Part shown: positions 31,598 to 44,700 of the stretch, piece by piece | Position numbering within the stretch: the stretch's first letter is position 1 | How the letters are laid out: each line of letters starts with the position of its first letter | From: Macrostomum lignano | Lineage: Eukaryota | Reading direction: 5' to 3' | Assembly (NCBI GenBank): GCA_002269645.1 | Contig: NIVC01000292.1 | Location: 496,001-560,000 of the forward strand | DNA length: 64,000 bases | Notes under the pieces: generated by a model | Database searches by the model: none | Told to the model about the DNA's origin: nothing | Seen by the model: only the letters and a program-made list of their open reading frames with translations | Made by a program: the position numbers and the translations under genes

Positions 31598-32994
31598 TTT
31601 GTCAGAGCAGAGCAAAGACCGCTCCGCACGCCCGCATCAGGCATCGGCTGCTGAAAGCAATTTAAAAAAGGCAAAATGCGATGCGGTTCTCCATTTTTTA
31701 AGCGGCTTGACTCAACCGGAGGCAGAAGGGATTTTAATTTAATTAGCATTTCCCCTTGAGCTGCATGACCCTCTCCGCTGCTTTGCAGAAAAAATTCACT
31801 TTTCAAAAGCTGCTTGTCTGGCATTTCCGACCTCCAGCATGGCATCGCCCATCACTGAGTAAAGTGTGTTTTCGATACATATCGGAGAGCTACAAATCAA
31901 TAGCCGAGTAAAGTGTATTATCGATACATATCGGATAGCTACAAATCAATAACTGAGGCTGCGTCTTGACTGGCATCGTGACAGTCATTGGGAATTATTA
32001 ATGTTTCGAAATCTCTCTGAATTAGCAGCGCACTGTGCCAGAATCGTCCCAGCACCTGCTGCTCCCAGCTGCCGCGGGTACCATGTGAAAAAAGGATTTG
32101 GGAATCTTGGCCCAGTTCCTGCTAAATATTTCAGTTTTTGCTGCTGCCCGGGCTACCAGACAGACAGACATTTGACAGGGATCTCTTGGACAAAAAGAAA
32201 CGGGGGGGGTGGGCAGCAGCAAGAAAGAGCTTTTACACATCTGTGTCGACTCTCGATGGGTAAAGCGAATTTTTATCAGCTATTTACTTACAACATTCTA
32301 CTCTTAGTAGGTGAGAAGCAAATAATATTCAATTAATCCTCGCATTCCCAAGGGATTTCTCTTCATTTTGGCATCAGTTCAGCGTTTGAATATCTTTGAT
32401 TTCTTAAAAATCCTTAGCTAGATAAATCCCTGTTTTTCTTTAAGGCCCTGAGCCCTTGCCTGCCCTTAAATCAATATTGAACTCTTCCACTAATTCAACG
32501 ATGGCTTTTAATCTACCTGTGTTTATCAGTGATGCAGCAATTAGCTGGCGAAAGTGGCTGGTGGGTGCAGTGGGCCGCCTACTCTGCGCAGCCTTATCTT
32601 ATCTGAGGCTTTTTGTTTGCAATAACCGAAATTCACTTCCTTATAATTGTGCTGAATTGCGGCATAATTTTGAGCAAACCATGCAGCCAATTATGCGGCG
32701 CTACAGTCGGCGCAATTGTGATTATAAATCTGTGGTCTGGTACTGCGGATTCGAGCTCAGCTCCTGTGATAAGAGCTTAGCTTTGAGTGAGTATTTATAT
32801 TGTCTTGAAATTAATTTTCTCACCTGACCTTTCGGACCTGTATGTTTAGTTAAGCAAGGTAAACAAATTATCAATATCACTTTTATAGGGAACGCATATT
32901 AAAGTTCTGACAGATAAATCCCAGCGCTTTGACTGGGAGTCTGGAACTGGGGGAAACGTACAGGATGGAGTGGAGAAGGCTTCATGAGTAGGGA

Positions 32995-34330
32995 TCCAAT
33001 CTAATCCAATCCAATCTAATCCAATCTAATCCAATCTAATCCAATCTAATCCAATCTAATCCAATCTAATCCAATCTAATCCAATCTAATCCAATCTAAT
33101 CCAATCTAATCCAATCCAATCCAATCCAATCCAATCCAATCCAATCTAATCCAATCTAATCCAATCTAATCCAATCCAATCTAATCTAATCCAATCCAAT
33201 CCAATCCAATCCAATCCAATCTAATCTAATCCAATCTAATCCAATCTAATCCAATCCAATCCAATCCAATCTAATCCAGTCCAATCCAATCCAATCTAAT
33301 CTAATCCAATCCAATCCAATCTAATCTAATCCAATCTAATCCAATCTAATCCAATCCAATCCAATCCAATCCAATCCAATCCAATCTAATCCAATCTAAT
33401 CCAATCTAATCCAATCTAATCCAATCTAATCCAATCTAATCCAATCTAATCCAATCCAATCCAATCCAATCCAATCCAATCTAATCCAATCCAATCCAAT
33501 CCAATCCAATCCAATCCAATCCAATCCAATCGAATCCAATCGAATCCAATCCAATCCAATCCAATCCAATCCAATCCAATCTAATCCAATCCAATCCAAT
33601 CTAATCCAATCCAATCCAATCCAATCCAATCCAATCCAATCCAATCCAATCTAATCCAATCCAATCCAATCCATTCTAATCCAATTCAATACATTCTAAT
33701 CCAATTCAATACATTCCAATCCAATCCAATCCAATCCAATCCAATCCAATCCAATCTAATCCAATCCAATCCAATCTAATCCAATCCAATCAAATCCAAT
33801 CCAATCCAATCCAATCCAATCAAATCCAATCTAATCCAATCTAATCCAATCCAATCCAGTCCAATCCAATCTAATCCAATCTAATCCAATCTAATCCAAT
33901 CCAATCCAATCCAATCCAATCCAATCCAATCCAATCAAATCCAATCCAATCCAATCCAATCCAATCTAATCCAATCTAATCCAATCTAATCCAATCCAAT
34001 CCAATCCAATCCAATCGAATCTAATCCAATCAAATCCAATCCAATCCAATCCAATCCAATCCAATCCAATCTAATCCAACCTAATCCAATCTAATCCAAT
34101 CCAGTTCAATCCAATCTAATCCAATCTAATCCAATCTAATCCAATCCAATCAAATCCAATCCAATCCAGTCCAATCCAATCCAATCAAATCCAATCCAAT
34201 CCAATCCAGTCCAATCCAATCCCATCCAGTCCAATCCAATCTAATCCAATTCAATCCATTCTAATCCAATTCAATACATTTTAATCCAATCCAATCTATT
34301 CCAATCCAATTCAATCCATTCCAATTCAAT
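32995..34330. repeat. (AATCC/AATCT)n pentanucleotide satellite
   Basis: Direct inspection; degenerates at the right end. Confidence 0.97.
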
Positions 34331-34465
34331 CCATGCCAACCGAATCCAACCCAATCAGTCCAATCCGAATTGGATGTTTTTGAGGGTGACTCTCAGTCAG
34401 GGTGTATAGGATTTTTTGTTACTTTTCGTTTTTAGCAGTTGGGCATGGCGGCTTTCTATCGGCAA

Positions 34466-37400
34466 TTGGGAAATCGGGGATTAAGGAAGCCAAATGGGAA
34501 ATCAGAGGTTAAGGAAGCCAAATGGAAAATCAGAGGTTAAGGAAGCCAAATGGAAAATCAAGGATTAAGGGAGCCAAATGGGAAGTCAGAGGTTCAGGAA
34601 GCCAAATGGAAAATCAGAGGTTAAGGAAGCCAAATGGGAAATCAGAGGTTAAGGAAGCCAAATGGAAAATCAGAGGTTAAGGAAGCCAAATGGAAAATCA
34701 AGGATTAAGGGAGCCAAATGGGAAGTCAGAGGTTCAGGAAGCCAAATGGAAAATCAGAGGTTAAGGAAGCCAAATGGGAAATCAGAGGTTAAGGAAGCCA
34801 AATGGGAAGTCAGAGGTTAAGGAAGCCAAATAGGAAATCGGGGATGAGGGAAGCCAAATGGGAAATCAGAGGTTAAGAAAGCCAAATGGGAAATCAGAGG
34901 TTAAGGAAGCCAAATGGGAATCGGAGATTAAGGAAGCCAAATGGGAAATCAGAGGTTAAGGAAGCCAAATGGGAAATCAGAGGTTAAGGAAGCCAAATGG
35001 GAAATCAGAGGTTAAGGAAGCCAAATGGGAAATCGGGGATTAAGGAAGCCAAATGGGAAATCGGGGTGCCAAATGGGAAATCAGAGGTTAAGAAAGCCAA
35101 ATGGGAAATCAGAGGTTAAGGAAGCCAAATGGGAATCGGAGATTAAGGAAGCCAAATGGGAAATCAGAGGTTAAGAAAGCCAAATGGGAAATCAGAGGTT
35201 AAGGAAGCCAAATGGGAAATCAGAGGTTAAGGAAGCCAAATGGGAATCGGAGATTAAGGAAGCCAAATGGGAAATCAGAGGTTAAGAAAGCCAAATGGGA
35301 AATCAGAGGTTAAGGAAGCCAAATGGGAAATCAGAGGTTAAGGAAGCCAAATGGGAATCGGAGATTAAGGAAGCCAAATGGGAAATCAGAGGTCAAGAAA
35401 GCCAAATGGGAAATCAGAGGTTAAGGAAGCCAAATGGGAAATCAGAGGTTAAGGAAGCCAAATGGGAATCGGAGATTAAGGAAGCCAAATGGGAAATCAG
35501 AGGTTAAGAAAGCCAAATGGGAAATCAGAGGTTAAGGAAGCCAAATGGGAAATCAGAGGTTAAGAAAGCCAAATGGGAAATCAGAGGTTAAGGAAGCCAA
35601 ATGGGAAATCAGAGGTTAAGGAAGCCAAATGGGAATCGGAGATTAAGGAAGCCAAATGGGAAATCAGAGGTTAAGGAAGCCAAATGGGAAATCGGGGATT
35701 AAGGAAGCCAAATGGGAATCGAGGATTAAGGAAGCCAAATGGGAATCGAGGATTAAGGAAGCCAAATGGGAAATCAGAGGTTAAGGAAGCCAAATGGGAA
35801 ATCAGAGGTTAAGGAAGCCAAATGGGAATTGGGGAATAAGGAAGCCAAATGGGAAATCGAGGATTAAGGAAGCCAAATGGGAAATCAGAGGTTAAGAAAG
35901 CCAAATGGGAAATCAGAGGTTAAGGAAGCCAAATGGGAAATCAGAGGTTAAGGAAGCCAAATGGGAATCGGGGATTAAGGAAGCCAAATGGGAATCGGAG
36001 ATTAAGGAAGCCAAATGGGAAATCAGAGGTTAAGGAAGCCAAATGGGAATTGGGGAATAAGGAAGCCAAATGGGAAATCGAGGATTAAGGAAGCCAAATG
36101 GGAAATCAGAGGTTAAGGAAGCCAAATGGGAAATCGGGGATTAAGGAAGCCAAATGGGAAATCGGGGATTAAGGAAGCCAAATGGGAAATCGGGGAATAA
36201 GGAAGCCAAATGGGAAATCGGGGATTAAGGAAGCCAAATGGGAAATCGGGGATTAAGGAAGCCAAATGGGAAATCGGGGAATAAGGAAGCCAAATGGGAA
36301 ATCAGAGGTTAAGGAAGCCAAATGGGAATTGGGGAATAAGGAAGCCAAATGGGAAATCGAGGATTAAGGAAGCCAAATGGGAAATCAGAGGTTAAGGAAG
36401 CCAAATGGGAATCGGGGATTAAGGAAGCCAAATGGGAAATCAGAGGTTAAGGAAGCCAAATGGGAATTGGGGAATAAGGAAGCCAAATGGGAAATCGAGG
36501 ATTAAGGAAGCCAAATGGGAAATCAGAGGTTAAGGAAGCCAAATGGGAAATCGGGGTGCCAAATGGGAAATCAGAGGTTAAGAAAGCCAAATGGGAAATC
36601 AGAGGTTAAGGAAGCCAAATGGGAAATCAGAGGTTAAGGAAGCCAAATGGGAATCGGGGATTAAGGAAGCCAAATGGGAAATCAGAGGTTAAGGAAGCCA
36701 AATGGGAATTGGGGAATAAGGAAGCCAAATGGGAAATCGAGGATTAAGGAAGCCAAATGGGAAATCAGAGGTTAAGGAAGCCAAATGGGAAATCGGTGAA
36801 TAAGGAAGCCAAATGAGAAATCAGAGGTTAAGGAAGCCAAATGGGAAATCGAGGATTAAGGAAGCCAAATGGGAAATCAGAGGTTAAGGAAGCCAAATGG
36901 GAAATCGGTGAATAAGGAAGCCAAATGAGAAATCAGAGGTTAAGGAAGCCAAATGGGAAATCGAGGATTAAGGAAGCCAAATGGGAAATCAGAGGTTAAG
37001 GAAGCCAAATGGGAAATCGGGGATTAAGGAAGCCAAATGGGAATCGAGGATTAAGGAAGCCAAATGGGAATCGGGGATTAAGGAAGCCAAATGGGAAATC
37101 AGAGGTTAAGGAAGCCAAATGGGAATCGGGGAATAAGGAAGCCAAATGGGAAATCGAGGATTAAGGAAGCCAAATGGGAAATCAGAGGTTAAGGAAGCCA
37201 AATGGGAAATCGAGGATTAAGGAAGCCAAATGGGAATCGAGGATTAAGGAAGCCAAATGGGAAATCAGAGGTTAAGGAAGCCAAATGGGAAATCGAGGAT
37301 TAAGGAAGCCAAATGGGAATCGAGGATTAAGGAAGCCAAATGGGAAATCGAGGATTAAGGAAGCCAAATGGGAAATCAGAGGTTAAGGAAGCCAAATGGG

Positions 37401-37697
37401 AAATCGAGGATTAAGGAAGCCAAATGGGAATCGAGGATTAAGGAAGCCAAATGGGAAATCAGAGGTTAAGGAAGCCAAATGGGAATCGGGGATTAAGGAA
37501 GCCAAATGGGAATCGGAGATTAAGGAAGCCAAATGGGAAATCAGAGGTTAAGGAAGCCAAATGGGAAATCGGGGATTAAGGAAGCCAAATGGGAAATCGA
37601 GGATTAAGGAAGCCAAATGGGAAATCGGGGATTAAGGAAGCCAAATGGGAAATCGAGGATTAAGGAAGCCAAATGGGAAATCGGGGTGCCAAATGGA
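34466..37697. repeat. 27/28-bp purine-rich minisatellite (GGGAAATCAGAGGTTAAGGAAGCCAAAT), ~3.2 kb
   Basis: Direct inspection. Confidence 0.97.
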
Positions 37698-38751
37698 AGG
37701 TAGATAGGTGTGCACTCTGCGCAGAAATCAGTTCGAATTTAAACGGCTAGTCAGTGTATTAAGTAATTGTTTGTTAAGCTTACTGTTTATTGAATTTCTA
37801 AGAACTCACGTATCCCCCGCTCCCAACTCCTGCGCCTTCGACCGTCGATACATCAGTTCTGTTCTGCACGTGGACGGAACAGCCCAGCTGAAATAAATTA
37901 ATTAGCCACCCTGAAATTGTGGAATGCTTGGATCGCAGGTTTGCAGGTGGAGTCAGGTGGACAGTTCAATGAGAGGCTTATTCTAAATTTCGCCATGCCA
38001 ATTTGCCAAGGTTTCTTGGGAGGAAAAGAAAAGGCTGAAATTTCGCACTTCGCTAGAAGCAGCTTTGCAGTTTTCCTGGCTTATTTCGCTTCATAGAAAT
38101 ACAGACTGACTGATTCGCGGGTTGAGGGAGCGCAATTTACACGCGCCCTCCTAGCGCCTGTGGAACTGTGGCTTGCTATTTTTCGGCAAGACGGACGGTT
38201 GCCCCCTCCCTGTGTTTCATTGAGAATTGATAAATAAGTGCACGCTGTAATCAAGTTTTCCTCGCGCCGCCCGGCTGGCGCGAGCTACGCGGAGTTGGAA
38301 TTTTAGGGGGGTTGGGGTGGGGGGCTGCGACTGAGGCCGGCCCGGGCGGGGAGGTTTAGAGATAAAATAAGGAGGGTGAGAAATGAAAGCCCTGCACAGC
38401 CCGCCCGCCACCCGCCACCCCCCCCCCCCCACTTCACTACTTGTATTGTAAAGTGAAATGAGCGACCGTTGCGGACCCTCAAATAAGCCTTCCCTCTCTT
38501 CCCTCCAAAACCCTCCCAGGCGCGGCCACCCAGGCCCGCTCCCTCATTGGCTGCTCGAGGGCGCTCCCCCATCCCAGGTCCCAAACTGAGGCCCCATAAA
38601 GGCCCCCGCTTTATCTCCGCTCTGATTCCTCAGACCGAGAGCCGCCTCTTGTCCCAGCCCAGAACTGAATAAACAACTCCGGTCACACCTGACTCTCTCC
38701 TGCCATCGATTCTCACTTACCTCGGATCAGCTTGACTTGAATCCCCCCGCT

Positions 38752-41700
38752 ATGTCGGCTACAGTGTTGAACTCCTGCAACCTGAGCTTCTACCAGCTGC
38801 AGTCCTACCTGCAATCCTGGCACGCAGCCAACGCCAACCGCTCCGCCGCCAAGGAGAACCTGAACTACGGAGGAGCTGCTGGGACATCGCCGAGCAAGTG
38901 CCCGCCTCAGCCGCAAAGTGTAAGTGGCTTCTAAACTATCCTTACCTTTCTATTTATTATTTCCTATTATAGTGCTCAATGACCCTGACTTTATATACTT
39001 TAGCCGTCATTTACCTGTTATTAGTGTTAATTGCAGTCGCAGCCTCGCGGTTTACTAAGTTGTGCAAAATTACAATTTAGCTGTGCTCTAGATATGCTTG
39101 TGATAGAACAGTCACATTTAGGTATTTCACATCTCAATTTTTTAAAACGTTTGCTTCACTAATCACCGTTCAAATTAGTTTCTTTCGTTCTGTTTTTGAA
39201 AGACACGAATACTCGTAAAGTGATTAAAAAGCAAGACTGGGGGAATGCGGTGTCGGTGCTTGTGTGAGTCAATCAGTCGGTTGAGTCCAGTTGTCTCACA
39301 GCGGCAATAGCGTGGGTTGCAGAACATTGTCCAGTCATGCCTCTATCCCTCTCCTGCATGGCAACACGGGGACTGCGGTGAGACTGACTGTTTGCCTGCG
39401 TCAGGAGGACCGGGGCAGGAATTCCTCCACGCCGTCTCGTGCGGCTTATGGGGGTTTTTAATTAGGGGCAGATGGTCGAGTCCAAGCAATTTACTCCACG
39501 CTGGCGAGCACGGGTCCCAGCAACCCCCACCCCGCCCTGCCCCCATTGTTCCCAAGGCAGCCCTGCAGCGGGGTGGTGGAGGGGTGCTTAAAGAGATTTC
39601 TCGGCGAGCGAGCACAGACCCGAATCCCGGCCGGGCCCCCGCAACCAGTCCAGTGCTGGCTTTGTTTGCTTGTCCCTGCGTCAGCACGCCCTGGGCCTAG
39701 GAAAGCCTGCAGTTGCTAGGGGGAGGGGCGGCACAGCGCCTCTGGGAGAACTCGGAACTCGGAGATCACGCTGCAGGGGGAGAGCAGGGGAATGCTGCGA
39801 GTGAGTCACACTGCCTGTCTGTGCCTGCCTTGACCCTCACCCAAGAGTTGCCAACCTGCAGCCACGCGGTTAGTAAAAGCAGACCCAAAGGCAGAAGAGA
39901 AATTTGAGTTCCCCAAAATTGTTTTCCTGACAGTATTGTATTGAAATTGAAATTATTGAAATTATTGAAATTATTGAAAGTATTGAAATTGATCCGGGTG
40001 GAGACTTGCTTGGTTAATTTTGTTCAGCTTACATTTCATACATTTCATCAGACTGATTCTGTGACGGTTTAGATTTTGTAAATTCTAGCGGAGCCCCCCC
40101 CCTGTAGCTGGCGTTCCCTCTGTAGCTGGCGCCCCCTCTGTAACTGGCGTCCCCTCTGTAGCTGGCGCCCCCTCTGTAACTGGCGTCCCCTCTGTAGCTG
40201 GCGCCCCCTCTGTAACTGGCGTCCCCTCTGTAGCTGGCGTCCCCTCTGTAGCTGGCGCCCCCTCTGTAGCTGGCACCTGCTTACATTGCCTTCAACTTGC
40301 AATAGAAATTGAATGACTAGACTGCGCCCTCTGTTACCAGCCCCCTTTCTTCCTAAAACAGTATTTTTCTCTCGCTCCATTGCCCCGGCTCCGGTCTCGC
40401 ATGGGGTGTTCTCAGTCTATAGAAACTCAGACCGCAACCCCGCACACAAGGCACGCAAAGCCTCCCCCCCCATTCGAAAAAGGCTCATTCGGACTGCGGA
40501 AGAGAGGTGAAGGATGGCAGTGGCGCGGACCTCACTGCATTTCAATCTTTCCTATTGTGAGGAGGGTCGGTGTGATACCTTCGCCACTTTGTGCTCTGGC
40601 CCGGCCCCCTTCTGCTCTCGGGGTTTTTAGTCCCTTAGTTAGCTGCTTTCTTTCATCTTGCATCCATCCTCTGTCGGTCCTGCTCTCTTGTTGCAGCCTG
40701 CAGGCTTCACAGCTCAGTAATTGCGCAAGGCCTAACAGAGACTGCGCCTTACTCTGAGAATGCAGCCTAGTGGGGTTCGGGTCCCCGGCCGGGTTGGGGT
40801 GCAGGTGCTCCCGCCTGCGGCAAAGTTTTCTTTGTGTCTGATGCAGGCCGGGCCTTCTAGATGGAAAGATATAATCCTAATGGCCCTTTGCTACATGTAA
40901 TTTATTTGATAAATAATCTTAAGCCAGCCGTGACTTCTTGAGCGTGCCAAACTGATACACAGTAATGTATAAGTGTATACAATGTCAAAGCCATTATAGA
41001 CAGGCCTTGGGACCGCCGGCTTGCGTCAGAGAAGGAAATATTCGCTCGCTCATTCCCCCCCCCCCTGGCCGTTGGGTTCCAATGGCTGGGGCTCGGGCTG
41101 CAGGCCTCTGTATGCGCGCATTCTGAACCGGGTTAAGCAGCGCTGCTGATAAGGGGGGGGGGTCCGGATGCCCTCCCTGTCCCTGGCATGGGACTAAGCC
41201 ACTCATTACACTCCTCCCAACTTGTGCGCGCGCCTGTGTGTGTGCAGCAGCAGGTAGTTCGGGGAGGCTTGAGCCGCGCAAGGCCCGCGGGCCCGGAGCC
41301 GAAGGAAGGCCAGATAGGATCTCGCCTTGGCCCATTGGGAGGGGGGTAGGGAAGGAGAGGAAGGCGGGCTGCTGCTGCAGAGCGGGTCTCCGCCCTCCCC
41401 TGCTGCAGCGGTACTGTATAAACAGGGGGAGAGGCTTGGGGACTGCAGCGGTGCTTTCGCTTTGCCTTATCCTTGCCACCCCGGGCCTGAGAGACAGAGA
41501 GACGCGCAGAGACTTCTCTTTTTGCTCGAGCTCGGGTTCTGCAGTTACCGGCCTGGTTTCCGAGATTCTACACGCAAGTTCGCTCTCTGCTGCACAGGCC
41601 CGCAGCTCTCTCTCTCTCACCCGCTCACCCTCTGCGCACAGGATTGAAGTGCCGGCAAAGATTCTCTACTCCCCTCCCCCGGTGAGTGCAGTTTGTGCTG

Positions 41701-44700
41701 CGTCGCATTCCTACTAGGCTATTGTAGGCTGTTGGCCTCTGCTTGCTGCAGACCGCATCCCCCGGTTGGCGTGAGAGAGTCGCTGAGACAGGAAGGATGC
41801 AAATCGGGTCTGGGGCGAGCCCAGTGCATTGGGGACAGGAGAGGGAGGGGGGATTTGCGCAGTAAGGAGGCTTTTGCTGCAGTTTTCACAGAGCCGCGGC
41901 ACGCAGGAGAGCCCCCATGAAGCTCCCCAAAATTGCCATGCAGCTGCAGCAGCTCGCACAGCAACAAATGCTGGGGTTTCTCGCACTCGCATCTGTCAGC
42001 GGCTCGGCTTATCGTTCGATTTTCGAGCCCGAGCCGGCGGAGCTGTGCCGCCCTCTTTATCTGCCTGTCCTGAGCTTCTGGGCTCCCGGCCTTGTTGCTA
42101 CCCGCCGCTCATTCCTGCGCAGGCCCCCCGGCTTCTGCAGCAGCAGCTCCCCAAGGCGGATGCCAGAACTCTCTGGAGCCGCCCTCCCCTCCCCCCGTTC
42201 TCAATCCCTTCCCCCAGGGGAGTCCGGTTACCGCCCGCCTGCCCCTTATCACTTAGCGAGCTGCTTGAGCTCCTCAGTTGCTAGGGGGGGGGGAGGCGCC
42301 CCGGTCTGTGAGCTGGTGCCGGCCGGGAATGAGAACCAGAGTAGATAGGGGACGGGCTGTGGCTGCTGAGTCATTGCCGGCCACGCTCCCACAGTGAGCT
42401 CCTGAGCTCCCTTTCTGGCACGCTCTGGTTGCCCAGCCGCGCCCAGCCCCCTCCCCGAGTTTCAGAAGCATAAGTTTTTCTTTAACTAGCATGACTCACT
42501 CTGGCTCCCACGTTCTTATAGTCTCCAAGTCTCAGGTAGGGGGATATTCAATTATGCCTTGCTTTTATTTATGGTGTTTAACTTGCCTGCTCGGCCTATG
42601 GATACAGAGACCGGGTGTGAGCTCTCCTGCAATCTCCCCGCGATTCTTGAATCCCAAGACGGGAGCCAAGTTATGCTTGTAAATGGATACGTGACTTCTG
42701 GCTGTCTCTCGGCCATAGACTGTCGCGTGTGTTGCAGAGCTGTAGCGATAAGGGGGCCGCCTGACTGACTGACTGACTGTCTGACTGCGGCAGAGCATGG
42801 CGGGGTGGGATTGGATTTCAACTGGGGAAATCACGGTTCTGAGCCTCAATGATGCAGTGAAGGATTGCTACACTAAATATTATGGCTGGCGCTAACACCA
42901 ACAATAACTGTAAAAGGAAAATTGGGGGGGGGGGGCAGAGAGGCGCGTGGATCCCCCCACTTGCACAGTGCGCAGTTGCAAGCGCTTGAATGCGATGACA
43001 CACAGGAAGCAGGCGGCACAGTCACACAGGAAGTGCTGGGCCCCAGTAAGCTGACACTTTCACTCCCCTCTCTCTGCTAAGGATCAGTTAGTTCGGGAAG
43101 AGGCACGGATTTCTATTTAGTCCTGGCGCTGTGTCCCACAATGGTGCTGTGTCTAATTATAAGCTTTTAAGGGGAAATTGAGCCGAGTGGGCCCTGCTTT
43201 GCATATTCCTGCCTGCGGATGATGACTCAGCCGTGCCACAGGTGCCGCAGTGCAGCAGCAGCAGCAGACTTTGCTTTGGGTGGCACGAGACCAGCGTCCA
43301 CGTCGCGCCCCTGGACACCCCGCCAATGTGGCAGGAGCTCCGTGCGTCCCTGCCATCGACGGGGTGACGAATTGGTCTCACCTCCGGGTATGCAGCCTGG
43401 GAGAGCTGTCCCCCAACGTTGGGTTGGCGGTGGATGGCGGTTTTTACAGCGTAAGTCGGTCTGCGGAGGAGCCCTGCGCACCGGGACTCGGGTCCCCACG
43501 CTCTCTGGCCACCCGCCGCAGGCCGCAAATTGGATTCCGCCGTCTACTGCCCGCCCGCGCAGGGTCAGCGCCCCGGCTGCATGGGGCTACGCCCCCGGTC
43601 CTATTAGCTACGTCTAGCTACAATGTCCGTGACCCGAAAAAGAAAGAAAGAAAGAAAGACTTTGCTTTGATCCTGTGCTCTCTTCAATCTCCTTCACTCA
43701 CTTCTTGAGGATAACAGCAGATGATAAGAAATGTGTTTAGGGACTTCCTGTGTCTGCCACTTCCTGCCCTGTGGAGCTTGCAGAGGCGCACAGGATGTAT
43801 ATTGTGCAGCTGGGATGCAGCAGCCTGGCTGGCAGTTGCTATGTGACCAGTTGGCTTGTATAGAGGGGACTGTGACAGATTCTTATCCTGGGGTGTGCGC
43901 GCCTTTGTAGTTTTGTATACACAATCTGCAGTCACATTTAGGGGCTCCTTCCGGTTCTGGGCGTCAATCAAACATTCCAATTTTTCTGACAATTCGCTGC
44001 TATTAAGAAGTCTGAAAATATTTATTGCATTTGCTACTATTGCCTGCTTACTGTAAGTAGCATGTGCAGAATCGCTCATCGCGCATCCTCATAATCTGCT
44101 ACCTGCAGCCCGAGCCCGCCGCAGCGGACCTGAGCGGCGCCAGCAGCAGCGGCAGCAGCGGCAACGACAGCGGCGTCATCAGCGAGATGGACAAGGCCAA
44201 GTTCAAGGCCCGCCTCATGGAGCTGGTGCGCGACACCTTCGACTTCGACACCAACGCCAGGGTCACCCTGCTCATGAGCGTCCGCCTTGACGACCAGACT
44301 GAGGCGCTGAATGTCGAGGTGTCCGAGGAGCTCCCAGCCAAGCCCGCTTGCGGCCCCGTCGCCGCCGCCCCGCCCGCTGGCAGCGCCAGCGCTGGCGGCA
44401 GCAAGCGGAAGTCGCAGGCGCCGCAACGGATGGTGCCGTCCGGCGAGGACTCCTTCGTGCCCGCCCCAGCCGCCGCCACCGCCCCGTCTCGCGACGCGTC
44501 CAGCAGCTTCGGCGTGGATCTATCGACCCCCGGCACGGCCGCCGCTGTCGCCGCCGAGGACGAGGAGCCGCAGCCGCTGAACCTCAGCCGCCACGGTTCG
44601 CCGTCAGTCGGCGCTGCCGGCTCCTCGTCGACTCCACTGAAGCCGGCAGTCTCCACCTCCGCCGCCGCCGCCTTCCAGCTGAACAACCCGGACCTGGCCT

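Noticed and set aside
31857-31955. Two-copy ~49-bp direct repeat with CGATACATATCG palindromic cores
   Set aside because: A simple local duplication with no associated gene or element ends.
32995-34330. Interstitial telomeric repeat
   Set aside because: AATCC/AATCT is not a rotation of TTAGGG or TTAGG. The lone TTAGGG near 13150 is within a degenerate GGGATT tract.
38715-38751. Spliced-leader trans-splice acceptor before the zfp-1 ATG (also before the PDIA4 ATG)
   Set aside because: A pyrimidine tract plus AG is present, but it cannot be distinguished from a cis acceptor or chance without transcript data. No SL RNA gene was recognised in the window.
44064-44108. ORF-track start of the 498-aa zinc-finger ORF (MQNRSSRILIICYLQ)
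   Set aside because: It is a GTG start in sequence that reads as an intron end (pyrimidine-rich, CTGCAG acceptor at 44108).
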